Virus record (IMG/VR): IMGVR_UViG_2799112330_000002
Coordinates: 192,001 to 256,000 of that record
Length of the DNA: 64,000 nt
Strand: one strand, 5' to 3'
Source: a virus
Taxonomy: Duplodnaviria; Heunggongvirae; Uroviricota; Caudoviricetes
Under the pieces are notes generated by a model. That model was given only the letters and a program-made list of their open reading frames with translations. It was not told where the DNA came from and ran no database searches. Each line of letters begins with the position of its first letter. Within the stretch, counting starts at the first letter, position 1. Both the position numbers and the translations under genes were made by a program. Shown piece by piece: positions 21,217-31,962 of the stretch.

Positions 21217-22206
21217 ATGATGAAAAAAATTATAATAATGGTAATGTCATGCAACAAAGATGTCTTTATAGATGAAGAACAGGCAGTTAGAGAAACATGG
21301 CTAAAAGATGTTATAGATGGCAAATATGAAAACATTGACTATATGATCTACAGAGGTGATGAAGACTTGTTGAATCATAAATATGAAAAAGACAAGCATT
21401 TATTGTCATTACGTTGTGAAGATGACTATGATCATACATTCAAGAAATCTTATTATGCTTTCTATTTATTGAAGAAGATCTTTGGTGAATATGACTATGT
21501 ATTCAAGACAAATACTTCAACATATGTAAATGTACCATTACTTAATCAGTTCATTCAAGAATTAGACAATGATGATGACTATTATTCTTCAGATGTCTAT
21601 TCATTAAGTAATATTGCCGCACCAGCTCCATTAGATCTATATGGGAGAGGAAATGGACTTATCTTAAGTAAGAAGCATATTGATACTATAATAACAGAAG
21701 GGATTAGTTTCTTATATATAACAAATGGACCGGATGATGCTTACATTTCAAACATATTGAATAGCTATTGGATAAAGAAAAAAGAAAATTATATAGATCA
21801 TATCAAGTCATTTGCTCATGGATGGTATAGATGCATTCCAACAAATCATGACTTCAAACATCAGTTATGTACATTTGGAAATACTAATATTGATTGGGAA
21901 TTCTTAAGGAAATTCATAACAGTTCAAATAAAGATATATCATCAAGACAGATCAAATGAGAAAGAAAAGCATTATGAACTTCATAAGATATTCCAAGAGA
22001 ATAGATATGACAAAGAAGAACTTAATAGACAAACAGAATTCAATAAAGAATATTCTAAAAACTATTCAGTATTCATTGGTTCCATTCTTGGATATATTGA
22101 CTTTGATAATTGGAAAACTATTGATAAACTGAATCTTTATATATTAGAACAAAATAATAAAGCTACCGATGATGTAGCGTATGGAATAAAGAACAAATGG
22201 CTATAA
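21217..22206 (+). CDS. Glycosyltransferase (GT-A, GT31-like)
   Basis: CEDDYDHTFKK, YDYVFKTNTSTYVN, GNGLILS, PDDAYIS. Confidence 0.65.
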   Translation: MMKKIIIMVMSCNKDVFIDEEQAVRETWLKDVIDGKYENIDYMIYRGDEDLLNHKYEKDKHLLSLRCEDDYDHTFKKSYYAFYLLKKIFGEYDYVFKTNTSTYVNVPLLNQFIQELDNDDDYYSSDVYSLSNIAAPAPLDLYGRGNGLILSKKHIDTIITEGISFLYITNGPDDAYISNILNSYWIKKKENYIDHIKSFAHGWYRCIPTNHDFKHQLCTFGNTNIDWEFLRKFITVQIKIYHQDRSNEKEKHYELHKIFQENRYDKEELNRQTEFNKEYSKNYSVFIGSILGYIDFDNWKTIDKLNLYILEQNNKATDDVAYGIKNKWL

Positions 22207-22211
22207 CAAAC

Positions 22212-22243
22212 AAAGAGCAGAATATTCGAATATTCTGCTCTTT
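22212..22243. terminator. Perfect 32-bp palindrome / bidirectional terminator
   Basis: aaagagcagaatattcgaatattctgctcttt between convergent genes. Confidence 0.8.
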
Positions 22244-22262
22244 TATATATGTATTAATGGAA

Positions 22263-23549
22263 TTAATTTTCTAATAATGCAAGATCTCTAGCTGCTTTAT
22301 TAAGTACTGCAATAATAGCTGGATTGTTCTTATTAGCTTCTGCCAACATTGCAATCTTCTTCTTTCTTGCTATCATTTGTTCTTCTTTAGCCTTTGCAAG
22401 TTCTTCTTGGATTACTTCATATTCATCTGGATTTTGTTTCTTTACATCTTCATTGATTCTGTCTTCATAAAGATATTTGAGATCAATACCAGAAACTTTT
22501 GTAACTTCCTTAAGAGCTTCAATCATATAGTCAAAGTCCTTAGAATAGATTCCTGAATGAACTGAATTGTTTACAGCCATTGTGACATTATCTTTAGCTT
22601 CAATGATTGTACAAACAATACCAGTAGAAGTCTTCAATACATTTGCACAATCCATTACAAATACATGATCCATAGCTTCAAATACTTGTGAAATAGCATT
22701 TGTAACATTCATAAATGTAAGCTTCTCATTCATCATCATTGTTCTAGAAATAGTATTGCAATACTCATTAAATTTTTCAGGGCTATCAAATGTTTCATTG
22801 ATCTTAGAACCCTTAGTAAATTCCAATGTAGTATTTTCATCAGACTCTTTGATTATAACCTTACATGTATCAAATCCACTCTTCCATTCATAAGAAAGAA
22901 CACCATCATTATTTGTGAATGATTCAAGAAGAGTATTGATCTGATTGAATTTAACATTATCACAAACAGCTTCAGTTACTGTTGATTGATCTTTCTTTAC
23001 CTTATATGTCTTATTGAAAATCTTGAAATATTTGTCACCATCTTCATTCTCATATACAAATGAAATAGGATTGGAAACCATGTAGTTAGGAGCAATCGTT
23101 TCATTTATAGAAGAATTGAAGACTTGCTTGCAAATCATTCTAAATTCTGGTATATATTGGATTCCCTTAAGAGCACCTGACTTAATGTAAGATACAACTT
23201 GTGATTCATCCATTTCTAATAGCTTACCAACTTGTTCTACACCTGTCTTAGCGATATAGTTATAAGTTGATTTGTTGTTTTCAATAGATTCACAAGCGCT
23301 AGCCAATTGCCAAGAGATCTTATTCTCATTGATAAAACTTAATACAGACTCTAAAATACTAGCTAAACCTGTATCAAAACTATATTTTTGGGCTTCCTTA
23401 ACGAAACCATTAATAAGACTACAAGATGTTGGATTAGTAAATAAATATGCCTTGTAGTTAGTAATCAATTCTTTACCTGCTTCTGTAACAGCATCACATC
23501 CAGTAATCTTGCCAGCAAAATCCAGGTCTTTAAGTAATTTTATGTTCAT
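22263..23549 (-). CDS. Probable prohead core/internal protein
   Basis: Very dense hydrophobic-x-E motifs (VTEA, ILES, FINE, INET, LLES, IKES, IIEA, INED); late motif upstream. Confidence 0.5.
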   Translation of the reverse strand: MNIKLLKDLDFAGKITGCDAVTEAGKELITNYKAYLFTNPTSCSLINGFVKEAQKYSFDTGLASILESVLSFINENKISWQLASACESIENNKSTYNYIAKTGVEQVGKLLEMDESQVVSYIKSGALKGIQYIPEFRMICKQVFNSSINETIAPNYMVSNPISFVYENEDGDKYFKIFNKTYKVKKDQSTVTEAVCDNVKFNQINTLLESFTNNDGVLSYEWKSGFDTCKVIIKESDENTTLEFTKGSKINETFDSPEKFNEYCNTISRTMMMNEKLTFMNVTNAISQVFEAMDHVFVMDCANVLKTSTGIVCTIIEAKDNVTMAVNNSVHSGIYSKDFDYMIEALKEVTKVSGIDLKYLYEDRINEDVKKQNPDEYEVIQEELAKAKEEQMIARKKKIAMLAEANKNNPAIIAVLNKAARDLALLEN

Positions 23550-23625
23550 ATTCTGTTTTTATTTGGTATATTTTGAGTTTTAATTAATAGCTGTTATACT
23601 ATTATATAATTAAAAATAAATAATT

Positions 23626-24273
23626 TTATAAAATATTGTTTAATTCTTCTTTATTAAATAAAACATTAATTGTCTTATAGAATAATTCTGTTAAATGTTC
23701 TTTGTTATCATAATCATATTTGTCATTAAACCATTGATCATAATCAGAATCTTCTAATAATTTATCAATAACATTTAATCTATTACTGTTATCAACATGC
23801 TTTATCATACCTAACCCATATTCATTAAAGAATAATAAATAAATATTTTCTTTATTAATATATTCAGGTAGTTTGACTAAAGATTTCCAAACATCTCCAC
23901 ACCATTCTCCAGTATTTGTCTTTGTAGCAATTCTTTTGTTTTTAGGAAAACAATCATGAAATACTATTACACCACCTTTATTTAAATGTTTTAATGAATT
24001 GACAATATCCTTATCAACCTGATCTTCATGATGTAAGCCATCTATAAATATAATATCATACATTTTGTCTGCAGGCATTTGAGCAAACATCTCATCAGAT
24101 GTCATATGATATGTCAAATTGTTTATGCGCTTATTAGGATCACAACATTCTTTATTTTGTATATTAATAGCATTAAATGTAGCCCCAGTATCTGTTCCTA
24201 TTTCAAGATATGATTGATAGTTCTTTAGTTTAATGATATAGTTTATTGTGTCCCTTTGATGAATTTTTCCCAT
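23626..24273 (-). CDS. Class I SAM-dependent methyltransferase (Methyltransf_24-like)
   Basis: YLEIGTDTG, YDIIFIDGLH, GGVIVFHDC, WCGDVWK. Confidence 0.85.
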   Translation of the reverse strand: MGKIHQRDTINYIIKLKNYQSYLEIGTDTGATFNAINIQNKECCDPNKRINNLTYHMTSDEMFAQMPADKMYDIIFIDGLHHEDQVDKDIVNSLKHLNKGGVIVFHDCFPKNKRIATKTNTGEWCGDVWKSLVKLPEYINKENIYLLFFNEYGLGMIKHVDNSNRLNVIDKLLEDSDYDQWFNDKYDYDNKEHLTELFYKTINVLFNKEELNNIL

Positions 24274-24305
24274 GTTATAATATTATTTTGTATTTATTTT
24301 TGTAT

Positions 24306-25529
24306 TTAATCCCATCCTCCTGAATAAAAAGTAGATGCTACTGTTATATCAGTGAAAGTTTCATGGAATATTTCTTCATCATCCTTTTTACATATAACTT
24401 CAAAATCATGATTATAATAAGTAGAGAATGATGATGCATGAACAGAACTTGTCTTACTTCCATCTTTTGATGAACCTTTATCGGTTATGATGAATTTCAA
24501 ATGATCTGCATCATCAAGGAAACCTTCTAATGTTTCATCTGATACGTCACCTTTAATGTTAGCCTTTTGTTCAACATCTGCATAGTATGAATCATCATTA
24601 TCATTCATATACATTGAATGCCAAACTTCAAACCCATAAAGCTGATTAATTACTTTAAGTATTAAACCAACAATTGCAGTTCCTTCACAGCTGCTATCAT
24701 TTGATCCTTGATAATATCTTCTGTTATGATTTGCTTTATATTCATCTTTCAATATATCAAGTAATGATCCCTTCTTTCCATTATATTCACAATATTCAAT
24801 AATTGACTTAATATGGTTTTCAACACCTATAGCAAATGTTGGGCGAGCTTTCATAATAGAATTCTTTACTCCCTTTATAGCTTTCTTTGCATCTTCTATA
24901 TTTACTGGATCTGCCAAGAATGCTCTTAGTTCCTCACGTTCACTATATGTAAGATTATTCCCAGGTTTTAGATAAGAAACTAATCTTGCTGGTTCATTCA
25001 ACATTGCTGTAATTACAGAATCATCTTTTGGATAATAAGGGTTCCAGCATCTAGTGGGATCAATCTGTTTAGCAAGAAACTTGATGTCATGCCATTTTGC
25101 CTGATTGATTTTATTTGAATATTCTTCCCACCATTTAATTAAGTCATCTTTAGTAAACTTACCATCTTCTAATTGCTGAAGAATAAATTCTCCATACGCT
25201 TCATTATCAATCACAGTTTCTTTTTCACCTTTTCTATAAGACCATTTAACTAGTTCTTTTGGAGTATAACCTGCGTTATCAATAAGAATTTGCATTGGAT
25301 ATTTAGCTAACTTTTCTGCAGGACCTTTACCGGGTCTTTCATTCAAAGGTTTGTTTTTTGCTAATTTATTCTTTCTTGATTTATCAGCTTTATCATAATC
25401 AGCAAATATTTTCTCTAATTCACGTTTAAAATATCTTGTTGATTCTGTTCCCCAAGCTTCATTAACAACCGAAACTTGTCCTAAAGATATATTAATAGAT
25501 TCATTAATTTGATCTTTTAATTTTTTCAT
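24306..25529 (-). CDS. Hypothetical protein with CTS-like leader
   Basis: MKKLKDQINES...VVNEA. Confidence 0.7.
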   Translation of the reverse strand: MKKLKDQINESINISLGQVSVVNEAWGTESTRYFKRELEKIFADYDKADKSRKNKLAKNKPLNERPGKGPAEKLAKYPMQILIDNAGYTPKELVKWSYRKGEKETVIDNEAYGEFILQQLEDGKFTKDDLIKWWEEYSNKINQAKWHDIKFLAKQIDPTRCWNPYYPKDDSVITAMLNEPARLVSYLKPGNNLTYSEREELRAFLADPVNIEDAKKAIKGVKNSIMKARPTFAIGVENHIKSIIEYCEYNGKKGSLLDILKDEYKANHNRRYYQGSNDSSCEGTAIVGLILKVINQLYGFEVWHSMYMNDNDDSYYADVEQKANIKGDVSDETLEGFLDDADHLKFIITDKGSSKDGSKTSSVHASSFSTYYNHDFEVICKKDDEEIFHETFTDITVASTFYSGGWD

Positions 25530-25551
25530 ATTTATATTTTATTATTATTTT

Positions 25552-26250
25552 TTACATTTTCCAACCCATTTTAGCTCCAATAGCAGCCATGACAAGACGG
25601 GATGTTATAAGATTGCCAAATGTTCCTTTAGGATCTACACCAAGAGCATTACATATAGCATTTCCAAGCTTAGGTCCAAAGGCTGTTCCAAGAATAGCAC
25701 CACCAATAGCTCCTAATATGCCTTCATCAATAGGAATATTGTTTTCTTTAGCTTCTTGTAGTTTTTGAATAAGTGAATCATAATTAAGATCTTCTGTTAT
25801 CTCTGGAGATTCCTTTTCCATATTCAATAACATATAGTTTTCATATAACTTCTTGTAGTTCATACCATATCTTCTTATTTTCTCCTTGTCATCATCATTG
25901 ATATTTTCAAAAGAATATAATGGAAGATCATTAGCTAAAAACATCATATTATTATATAATGAAGGATTATCAAAAATGTCATTTATGTCATTCAGTTCTT
26001 CACAATATTTTGCAAATTGTATCAGACTTTCATTATGTTCTTCAGTCAATATGATCTTCTTTCCATTGACGTCAAATTCATATACAATAACAGAAGGATC
26101 ATGCTTACTATTTTCTTCTTTCACATAATCTTTTAATAGTCCTTCATATAATATCTTATCATTGACAGATATTCTACAATTGCATTCTAACAATTTTTCA
26201 TATATATTAGAATTCTTTTCTTTCAATTCTTTTATATTATTCATTTTCAA
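25552..26250 (-). CDS. Probable head-internal protein with C-terminal glycine-zipper segment
   Basis: Multiple L/I-x-E motifs, then IDEGILGAIGGAILGTAFG...AAIGAKMG. Confidence 0.6.
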   Translation of the reverse strand: MKMNNIKELKEKNSNIYEKLLECNCRISVNDKILYEGLLKDYVKEENSKHDPSVIVYEFDVNGKKIILTEEHNESLIQFAKYCEELNDINDIFDNPSLYNNMMFLANDLPLYSFENINDDDKEKIRRYGMNYKKLYENYMLLNMEKESPEITEDLNYDSLIQKLQEAKENNIPIDEGILGAIGGAILGTAFGPKLGNAICNALGVDPKGTFGNLITSRLVMAAIGAKMGWKM

Positions 26251-26662
26251 TCTGTGCTTTGATATTTTTATATGTATCTATTGAAGTAATAGGATAGAAT
26301 TGTCTGTCAAAGAAAATACCGATAACTGACAATGGTAATATTCCTTCATCATTTGCAAAATTATAGTTAGCAATTGTACCTTGTACACCTGTTTCACTAT
26401 CTAATAATACATTAAAGAATTTTTGTCTTACCCATGTCAGGTTTCTTACTTTTTCTTTGTTTTGAATGTCTAATTCTATTCCTGAAGATGCAACTAAGAA
26501 CATTGGTTCTCTTGACCAACTAAACTTGTTAGAATCCCAATTTTCTGTTCTCTTCAATATAGCATCAACAATATCACCATCATTCTTAAGTTCTTTCAAT
26601 ATCTTCTTTCCTAATGATGATAGATCCTGTGATTCAGTAATAAAAGTGTCTAATGATTTCAT
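26237..26662 (-). CDS. Hypothetical protein with CTS-like leader
   Basis: MKSLDTFITES. Confidence 0.7.
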   Translation of the reverse strand: MKSLDTFITESQDLSSLGKKILKELKNDGDIVDAILKRTENWDSNKFSWSREPMFLVASSGIELDIQNKEKVRNLTWVRQKFFNVLLDSETGVQGTIANYNFANDEGILPLSVIGIFFDRQFYPITSIDTYKNIKAQIENE

Positions 26663-26713
26663 ATATCTATATCTATAAATTGTAAATCAATATTTAATAA
26701 AAATAACAATTTA

Positions 26714-26884
26714 TTAAAAACTATGTTTTTTTGTCTTTTTCTTTTTTTGTTTTGTTTTTATTGTACCAACAGGTATGTCTCCTGAGCCAACAGCTTCTCC
26801 ATTTGGCGCTGCAACATCTCCCATTCCTGGAGTATTAGCAGGTGTAGCAAATTGGCATTCTATATAATAACGTAATGATTTCAT
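26714..26884 (-). CDS. Small Gly/Pro-rich protein with CTS-like leader and Lys-rich tail
   Basis: MKSLRYYIECQFATPANTPGMGDVAAPNGEAVGSGDIPVGTIKTKQKKKKTKKHSF (56 aa, translated by hand). Confidence 0.65.
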   Translation of the reverse strand: MKSLRYYIECQFATPANTPGMGDVAAPNGEAVGSGDIPVGTIKTKQKKKKTKKHSF

Positions 26885-26887
26885 ATA

Positions 26888-28567
26888 TTAAATAAAGATA
26901 GTATTTATAGCATCCAACATCATTGTATTATTACCATCAAGTTGTGATTTCTTGTCTGGATAATAGAGAATATTGTTAGCAAGTACAGGAATACAAAGAT
27001 TGTTCTCTAATAATATATTGCCCATATTGTCTAGACCAAGATTAAGATTAGTCTCATAATTGTATCTTACTTTGTTATATAATACTTTGCCGTTATAGTA
27101 TTTAGCAATATATTTATAATAGAACTTGTTCTTACAAGCTTTTTCATTTTCATCTGAAATAATTTCAAGTGTTATAGACTTTATGTTGTCTACTTTATTG
27201 AGAATTGTCTTCAATATATCAGATTTTGCTATAAACTTCACATTGTATTCTAGTTTTGTGAAATATTCTATAATTGCAAGTTTGACATCATGTTCAATTG
27301 TCTCTTTTATATATTGTTCATCAACTTTTATATAGCATATGATAGCATATTTATATATAATAGGATCTACAAACTTAATTGATGTACCAGCAAATGAATT
27401 GTTAGATTCTTTCAATACTGTTATGATGTTTTGTTTTTGTGGTTCAGTCAATAAGAAATCATTATAGTTTATTGTTGTTGACTTCAATAAGTCATTATTC
27501 TTTGCTCTATCTGACAATGCACATACATATAAGACATTTGAGTTGTTTTCTACCCATAGATTGAAATATCCTAAGAATGAGAATTTCTTGAAGAACAACA
27601 GATAATTGTCAATAGATGCTAAGACATTACTTCTAGAGTTATATCCTATCATTCCCTTTACCTTTTCAATTGAATCGCTATTTGTACCACCAGATATGTA
27701 GTTGTTTATTGATAGTTTAATATAGTCATTCAGGTTGATAGAATTACCATTGTAGTCTGTTCCAAATGTAGTAAACTTAAAAGAATTTCCTGCAATCTTA
27801 TTTACATTTCCGTTATAGCCACCATGTACAATATATTCAAGTCTTATATTGTCTCCCTTTGTTAGAATAGTACCGTAGATCTCATTTCCAAATGTTATGT
27901 CTAACTCATTGTCAAATCCAACAGATATTATATATTCTTTTCCATTTTCTGTCATGTCATATAAGTTAAGAACAGGTGTCCAAAGTTCTCCATTTACATA
28001 TACTCTGATATAGTTCTTGTCAAACATACCATTTATCAATACATGAATTGATTCTAAAGCAGTTCCTTTTGCTGTATAGTTTGATGTAAACATATATCCT
28101 TGGACAACTTTGAAGTCATAATTGAACAAAGGCTTAGATACATCAAATACAAATTTGTCAGCATTGAGATATATGACATAGTTCATTCCAGTATTTTCAT
28201 TTATGATATTTGAATAGTTGTCAACATATATCTTTCTTATTTCTCTTGACATATTTGTATTACTTACTAATGTTCCCACAATTGTTCCAGTAGCTGCACT
28301 ACCATAGAATGGCTCATATCCAGAAATCTTTGCTAATGAATATACCGATTTCTTTCTTATAGCTGTCTCAACATTCTGTTCTGTAAAGGCATCTTCAATA
28401 TATATCATAATATTTTGAGCAATACCCTTCAAAGCATTGAATATTATCTTGAACAATTGATTGTCTGTATAAGAAATTCCCATCTTATTGAGACTTTTAC
28501 TAAGATAATTATTGATTGTGGCATCAAAATTATCAAAGGTTGTTTGCATTAAATTAAATAACTTCAT
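26888..28567 (-). CDS. Baseplate wedge subunit (T4 gp6-like)
   Basis: TEQNVETAIRKKSVYSLAKISGYEP, VYVNGELW, ITFGNEIYG, GGTNSDSIEKVK, KFVDP. Confidence 0.8.
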   Translation of the reverse strand: MKLFNLMQTTFDNFDATINNYLSKSLNKMGISYTDNQLFKIIFNALKGIAQNIMIYIEDAFTEQNVETAIRKKSVYSLAKISGYEPFYGSAATGTIVGTLVSNTNMSREIRKIYVDNYSNIINENTGMNYVIYLNADKFVFDVSKPLFNYDFKVVQGYMFTSNYTAKGTALESIHVLINGMFDKNYIRVYVNGELWTPVLNLYDMTENGKEYIISVGFDNELDITFGNEIYGTILTKGDNIRLEYIVHGGYNGNVNKIAGNSFKFTTFGTDYNGNSINLNDYIKLSINNYISGGTNSDSIEKVKGMIGYNSRSNVLASIDNYLLFFKKFSFLGYFNLWVENNSNVLYVCALSDRAKNNDLLKSTTINYNDFLLTEPQKQNIITVLKESNNSFAGTSIKFVDPIIYKYAIICYIKVDEQYIKETIEHDVKLAIIEYFTKLEYNVKFIAKSDILKTILNKVDNIKSITLEIISDENEKACKNKFYYKYIAKYYNGKVLYNKVRYNYETNLNLGLDNMGNILLENNLCIPVLANNILYYPDKKSQLDGNNTMMLDAINTIFI

Positions 28568-28908
28568 TATCTAAACTCATATTCTTTTGTAATTTTTTCT
28601 TCATCGCTTATATATATGTCTATCATAATACGATATATACTTCTTATTTCACCAGGCGCAAACTCAACTTTTGCCTGATATTGATACATTCCCAAATAGT
28701 ATAATGTGGACAGTTTTTGATTGATATAGTCTTCAAATTCTGATGTAGTTGGAGTCAATATCCATAAGAACTGTTCAAAGTTGATCCCATATTCAGGATA
28801 GCCAATCAATTCAGTATTTTCTGTATTGAATAGAAGATCAATCTCCTGAATGGCTGCATCTAATGGGTTGTATATTTCTATTCTATTGTCTAAAGCTAAG
28901 TCTAACAT
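28567..28908 (-). CDS. Baseplate wedge subunit (gp25-like)
   Basis: IQEIDLLFNTENTELIGYPEYGINFEQFLW; adjacent to the gp6-like gene. Confidence 0.7.
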   Translation of the reverse strand: MLDLALDNRIEIYNPLDAAIQEIDLLFNTENTELIGYPEYGINFEQFLWILTPTTSEFEDYINQKLSTLYYLGMYQYQAKVEFAPGEIRSIYRIMIDIYISDEEKITKEYEFR

Positions 28909-28910
28909 AA

Positions 28911-30734
28911 TTAATAAACAAGATATTCTCCTGATGATATATATTCAAAATTGTCATTCAATATATTATATTTTCCTGATCCCGTACTTATTAATGTGGC
29001 ATCAACTGAGAAAATGACATAGAAATCATTTCTAGAGCTTTCTCTTATATTGATATTGTCGATGTTCAATATGAATGCATTCACCTTTGCCATATAATCA
29101 CCAAGATTTATTCCAATATTTTGTGTAAGGTTTTCTCTTATCTTTATTAGTTGTAGATCCTGAACCTTATAGAATATTGGCTTATATATGACCTTTGAGA
29201 TGTTTGCATCACTTGCATTATATACATTCACATTATTTTTTGAATCTTCTTCTATAACACATTTGAATTTGTCTATAAGATTAAAACCGTTCTTTACATT
29301 CATAAAATTTTCTTCAATTAGATTATTTTGTTGTTCATAATATACTGTCCCTGGTATTATGTCATTAATGAAATATTTGAACAGATTCTTTGTCAATACA
29401 ACACTATTTCCTCTTACAAGATTATTAAGTTTCTTGTCAATGAACAATGCTCTGCATACTAATATGTCCTGCAGTTGATCCCATGAATTGAATATATTGT
29501 TCAAATTAAAAGTGAAATCATAGATGAATGCAGTATTCTTAGCATCTGTATTTATAATAGATTCAAATATTACTTCTTTGAAATATTCATCTGTAGCAAT
29601 TTGAATGACAAATCCAGTAGATCTGATGCCTTCAAAGTCAAGTTCATCTGATATGTCTTCTCTTTCATATTCATCTATAAGATTATTGAGATAGTATGAA
29701 TTATAGTATTTGACAATGTCTGCATCACTATCTGGAATCTTGTTTGGATAGTCAAATGTATTGATTAATGAAATGATTCCTTCATCATTGAAGCCTATCC
29801 TTGAAGTCAATCTAAAATGCTTGTTAGTAGTCAAGAATATACTTGCACAGTTATATGCATTATCTATCAAATATGTGTTGTCAATAATAGCACTATAAGG
29901 AAACAACAATACATTTATAGAATCATTGATGAAGTTTATATTATAGTCAGAATCATTTATATATACTTTCTTGTTGTTCTCCTCATCTATTTTCTTTATG
30001 AAGAATGGTTGTATCATTGAATACAGATACAATTCATTCTCACCTTCATCATTGTCATTTCCTTGTATATAGTCAAGAACATTAGTATCAGAATCTTCAA
30101 TACTATCAATGAAGTTCATGTTCTCTTCAATATAGAACTTGTTTGACTTTTCAAAGAGATATCTTATGTTAGGTATATAAAGATCAATATATTCTATATA
30201 TGATGACATATTGTCTTTTATTTCCTTTGAATATTTCTTCTTAAAATTTGTATTGAGATTACAGAAATAGTGGAAATGAATGTCATTTATATAGTTGTCC
30301 ACGTATATTATGAATGGCAAGTTCTTCTTTATTGATGGATTATATATCCTGAGAATGTCACATAATACTCTTGGGGTGTCTTCAATATCATCACCATTTA
30401 TGTCTGTCTTTTTCTTCTTTATTTCATAAGACAAGTCTTTAATGTTCAACAGATGATATTGATTATAATAATATATGTTCTTAGAAAAAATTATGTTATT
30501 GTTCTTGTTACAAGGATAGCATAATAGATCGGTCTCTTCATCATCTTTTACTTGTTCATAAAGTGACTTCTCAATAAAATAGATGTCTTTGTCATATACT
30601 ATATTATTATATATATCATAGTTACGTAATATGACAAACTCACTGCTAATATTGATGTCATTGAAGTCTTTTCCATTTATAAGATGATCAACAAGATATT
30701 GGTATTCTCCTAATTTGACTGATCTAAATTTCAT
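28911..30734 (-). CDS. Probable structural (baseplate-region) protein
   Basis: 607 aa; heads the operon containing the gp25- and gp6-like genes; late motif upstream. Confidence 0.55.
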   Translation of the reverse strand: MKFRSVKLGEYQYLVDHLINGKDFNDINISSEFVILRNYDIYNNIVYDKDIYFIEKSLYEQVKDDEETDLLCYPCNKNNNIIFSKNIYYYNQYHLLNIKDLSYEIKKKKTDINGDDIEDTPRVLCDILRIYNPSIKKNLPFIIYVDNYINDIHFHYFCNLNTNFKKKYSKEIKDNMSSYIEYIDLYIPNIRYLFEKSNKFYIEENMNFIDSIEDSDTNVLDYIQGNDNDEGENELYLYSMIQPFFIKKIDEENNKKVYINDSDYNINFINDSINVLLFPYSAIIDNTYLIDNAYNCASIFLTTNKHFRLTSRIGFNDEGIISLINTFDYPNKIPDSDADIVKYYNSYYLNNLIDEYEREDISDELDFEGIRSTGFVIQIATDEYFKEVIFESIINTDAKNTAFIYDFTFNLNNIFNSWDQLQDILVCRALFIDKKLNNLVRGNSVVLTKNLFKYFINDIIPGTVYYEQQNNLIEENFMNVKNGFNLIDKFKCVIEEDSKNNVNVYNASDANISKVIYKPIFYKVQDLQLIKIRENLTQNIGINLGDYMAKVNAFILNIDNINIRESSRNDFYVIFSVDATLISTGSGKYNILNDNFEYISSGEYLVY

Positions 30735-30853
30735 CTATAGTAGACATATATATTAATTTATTAAAAATAAAAAAGAGAATTAATTTTCTTGGTAATATTG
30801 ACTATATTTATATTATTAAATAGATTCAATTAGAAAAAAATTATATTAGATAA

Positions 30854-31417
30854 ATGAAGAATTTTCCGGTTACATTCATTGACCAAGATGACAATCAAAA
30901 GAAGACAGGTTGGGTATCACGTTCTGTATCTGTTTCAGGATTTATATTCTGTTATGATTTCTTTCTTTGTCAATGGCTTGTACTTGCAAACAAAAGAGGA
31001 AAGAAAACATCTGAGTTTAGTGGATATTGGAATTGTCCTTGCGGTTATCTGAAATATAATGAGACTGCTTCTGAAGCAATGTCTAGAAAAATACTTGAAG
31101 AGACAGGTCTAGAAATATATCCAGAGCAATTATCTTTATGTGCAATCAATTCATCACCAGAAGAAAATCATCAGAATGTTGTAATAAGATATTTCACTAT
31201 TCTAGATCAGGACTATACAAATTATCTTCTATTGACAGATGAATACGGAGAACTGAACAAGACTGAAGAGATTGAATGGATCCCAGTAAATAAAATAGAC
31301 CAATATCAATGGGCTTTCAATCATGATGTAATAATAAGTGAGATATTCAATAGTTATGTTGATATCCCTTGGTGGAAAAAAATAATAAGAAAACTATATA
31401 GTAAATATTGTGCATAA
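30854..31417 (+). CDS. Nudix hydrolase
   Basis: Nudix box GYLKYNETASEAMSRKILEETGL; WAFNH. Confidence 0.85.
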   Translation: MKNFPVTFIDQDDNQKKTGWVSRSVSVSGFIFCYDFFLCQWLVLANKRGKKTSEFSGYWNCPCGYLKYNETASEAMSRKILEETGLEIYPEQLSLCAINSSPEENHQNVVIRYFTILDQDYTNYLLLTDEYGELNKTEEIEWIPVNKIDQYQWAFNHDVIISEIFNSYVDIPWWKKIIRKLYSKYCA

Positions 31418-31953
31418 TGAAAGAAGATACATATTTGCAATCATATAATAGTGGAGACATATATAAAGTAATGGACAAATATCTGTTGAAGATGTCTCCT
31501 TGGAAAGATGGTGAAGATCGTCGTATATATGAATATGATGATCATGATATGACTATTGTTACATATCAGAATGCATGTATGATTGTGAACAAGCAGTTCT
31601 TAGAGACAGATGAAGAATGGGAACATAATGGGAAGAAGTTCTTAGCTCGTTCATTAAAAGACAAGTCAATTGAAGAACATGCTGCAATGCTTAATATGCT
31701 TCCTGCTCATTATGTGAAAGACACTGTAAAAGTAATGATGACAACACCAAATATGGACAATATATCTATTGAAGACAAACAAGGAAACACATTCAAACTA
31801 GTAAAGCATAAAGGGAAGATCTATTATATGCTTATTATTAACCAATTCCTTCCTAAGGTCAATCTGTATGATGTGTTTGGTCAGTTTTGTCAAATGGTAA
31901 ATATAAAGAATGTTAAACCAATATTTAATGTGACAGATAAAAAATATATATAA
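31417..31953 (+). CDS. Hypothetical protein
   Basis: ORF, likely starting at MKEDT. Confidence 0.6.
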   Translation: MKEDTYLQSYNSGDIYKVMDKYLLKMSPWKDGEDRRIYEYDDHDMTIVTYQNACMIVNKQFLETDEEWEHNGKKFLARSLKDKSIEEHAAMLNMLPAHYVKDTVKVMMTTPNMDNISIEDKQGNTFKLVKHKGKIYYMLIINQFLPKVNLYDVFGQFCQMVNIKNVKPIFNVTDKKYI

Positions 31954-31962
31954 TTATATAAT

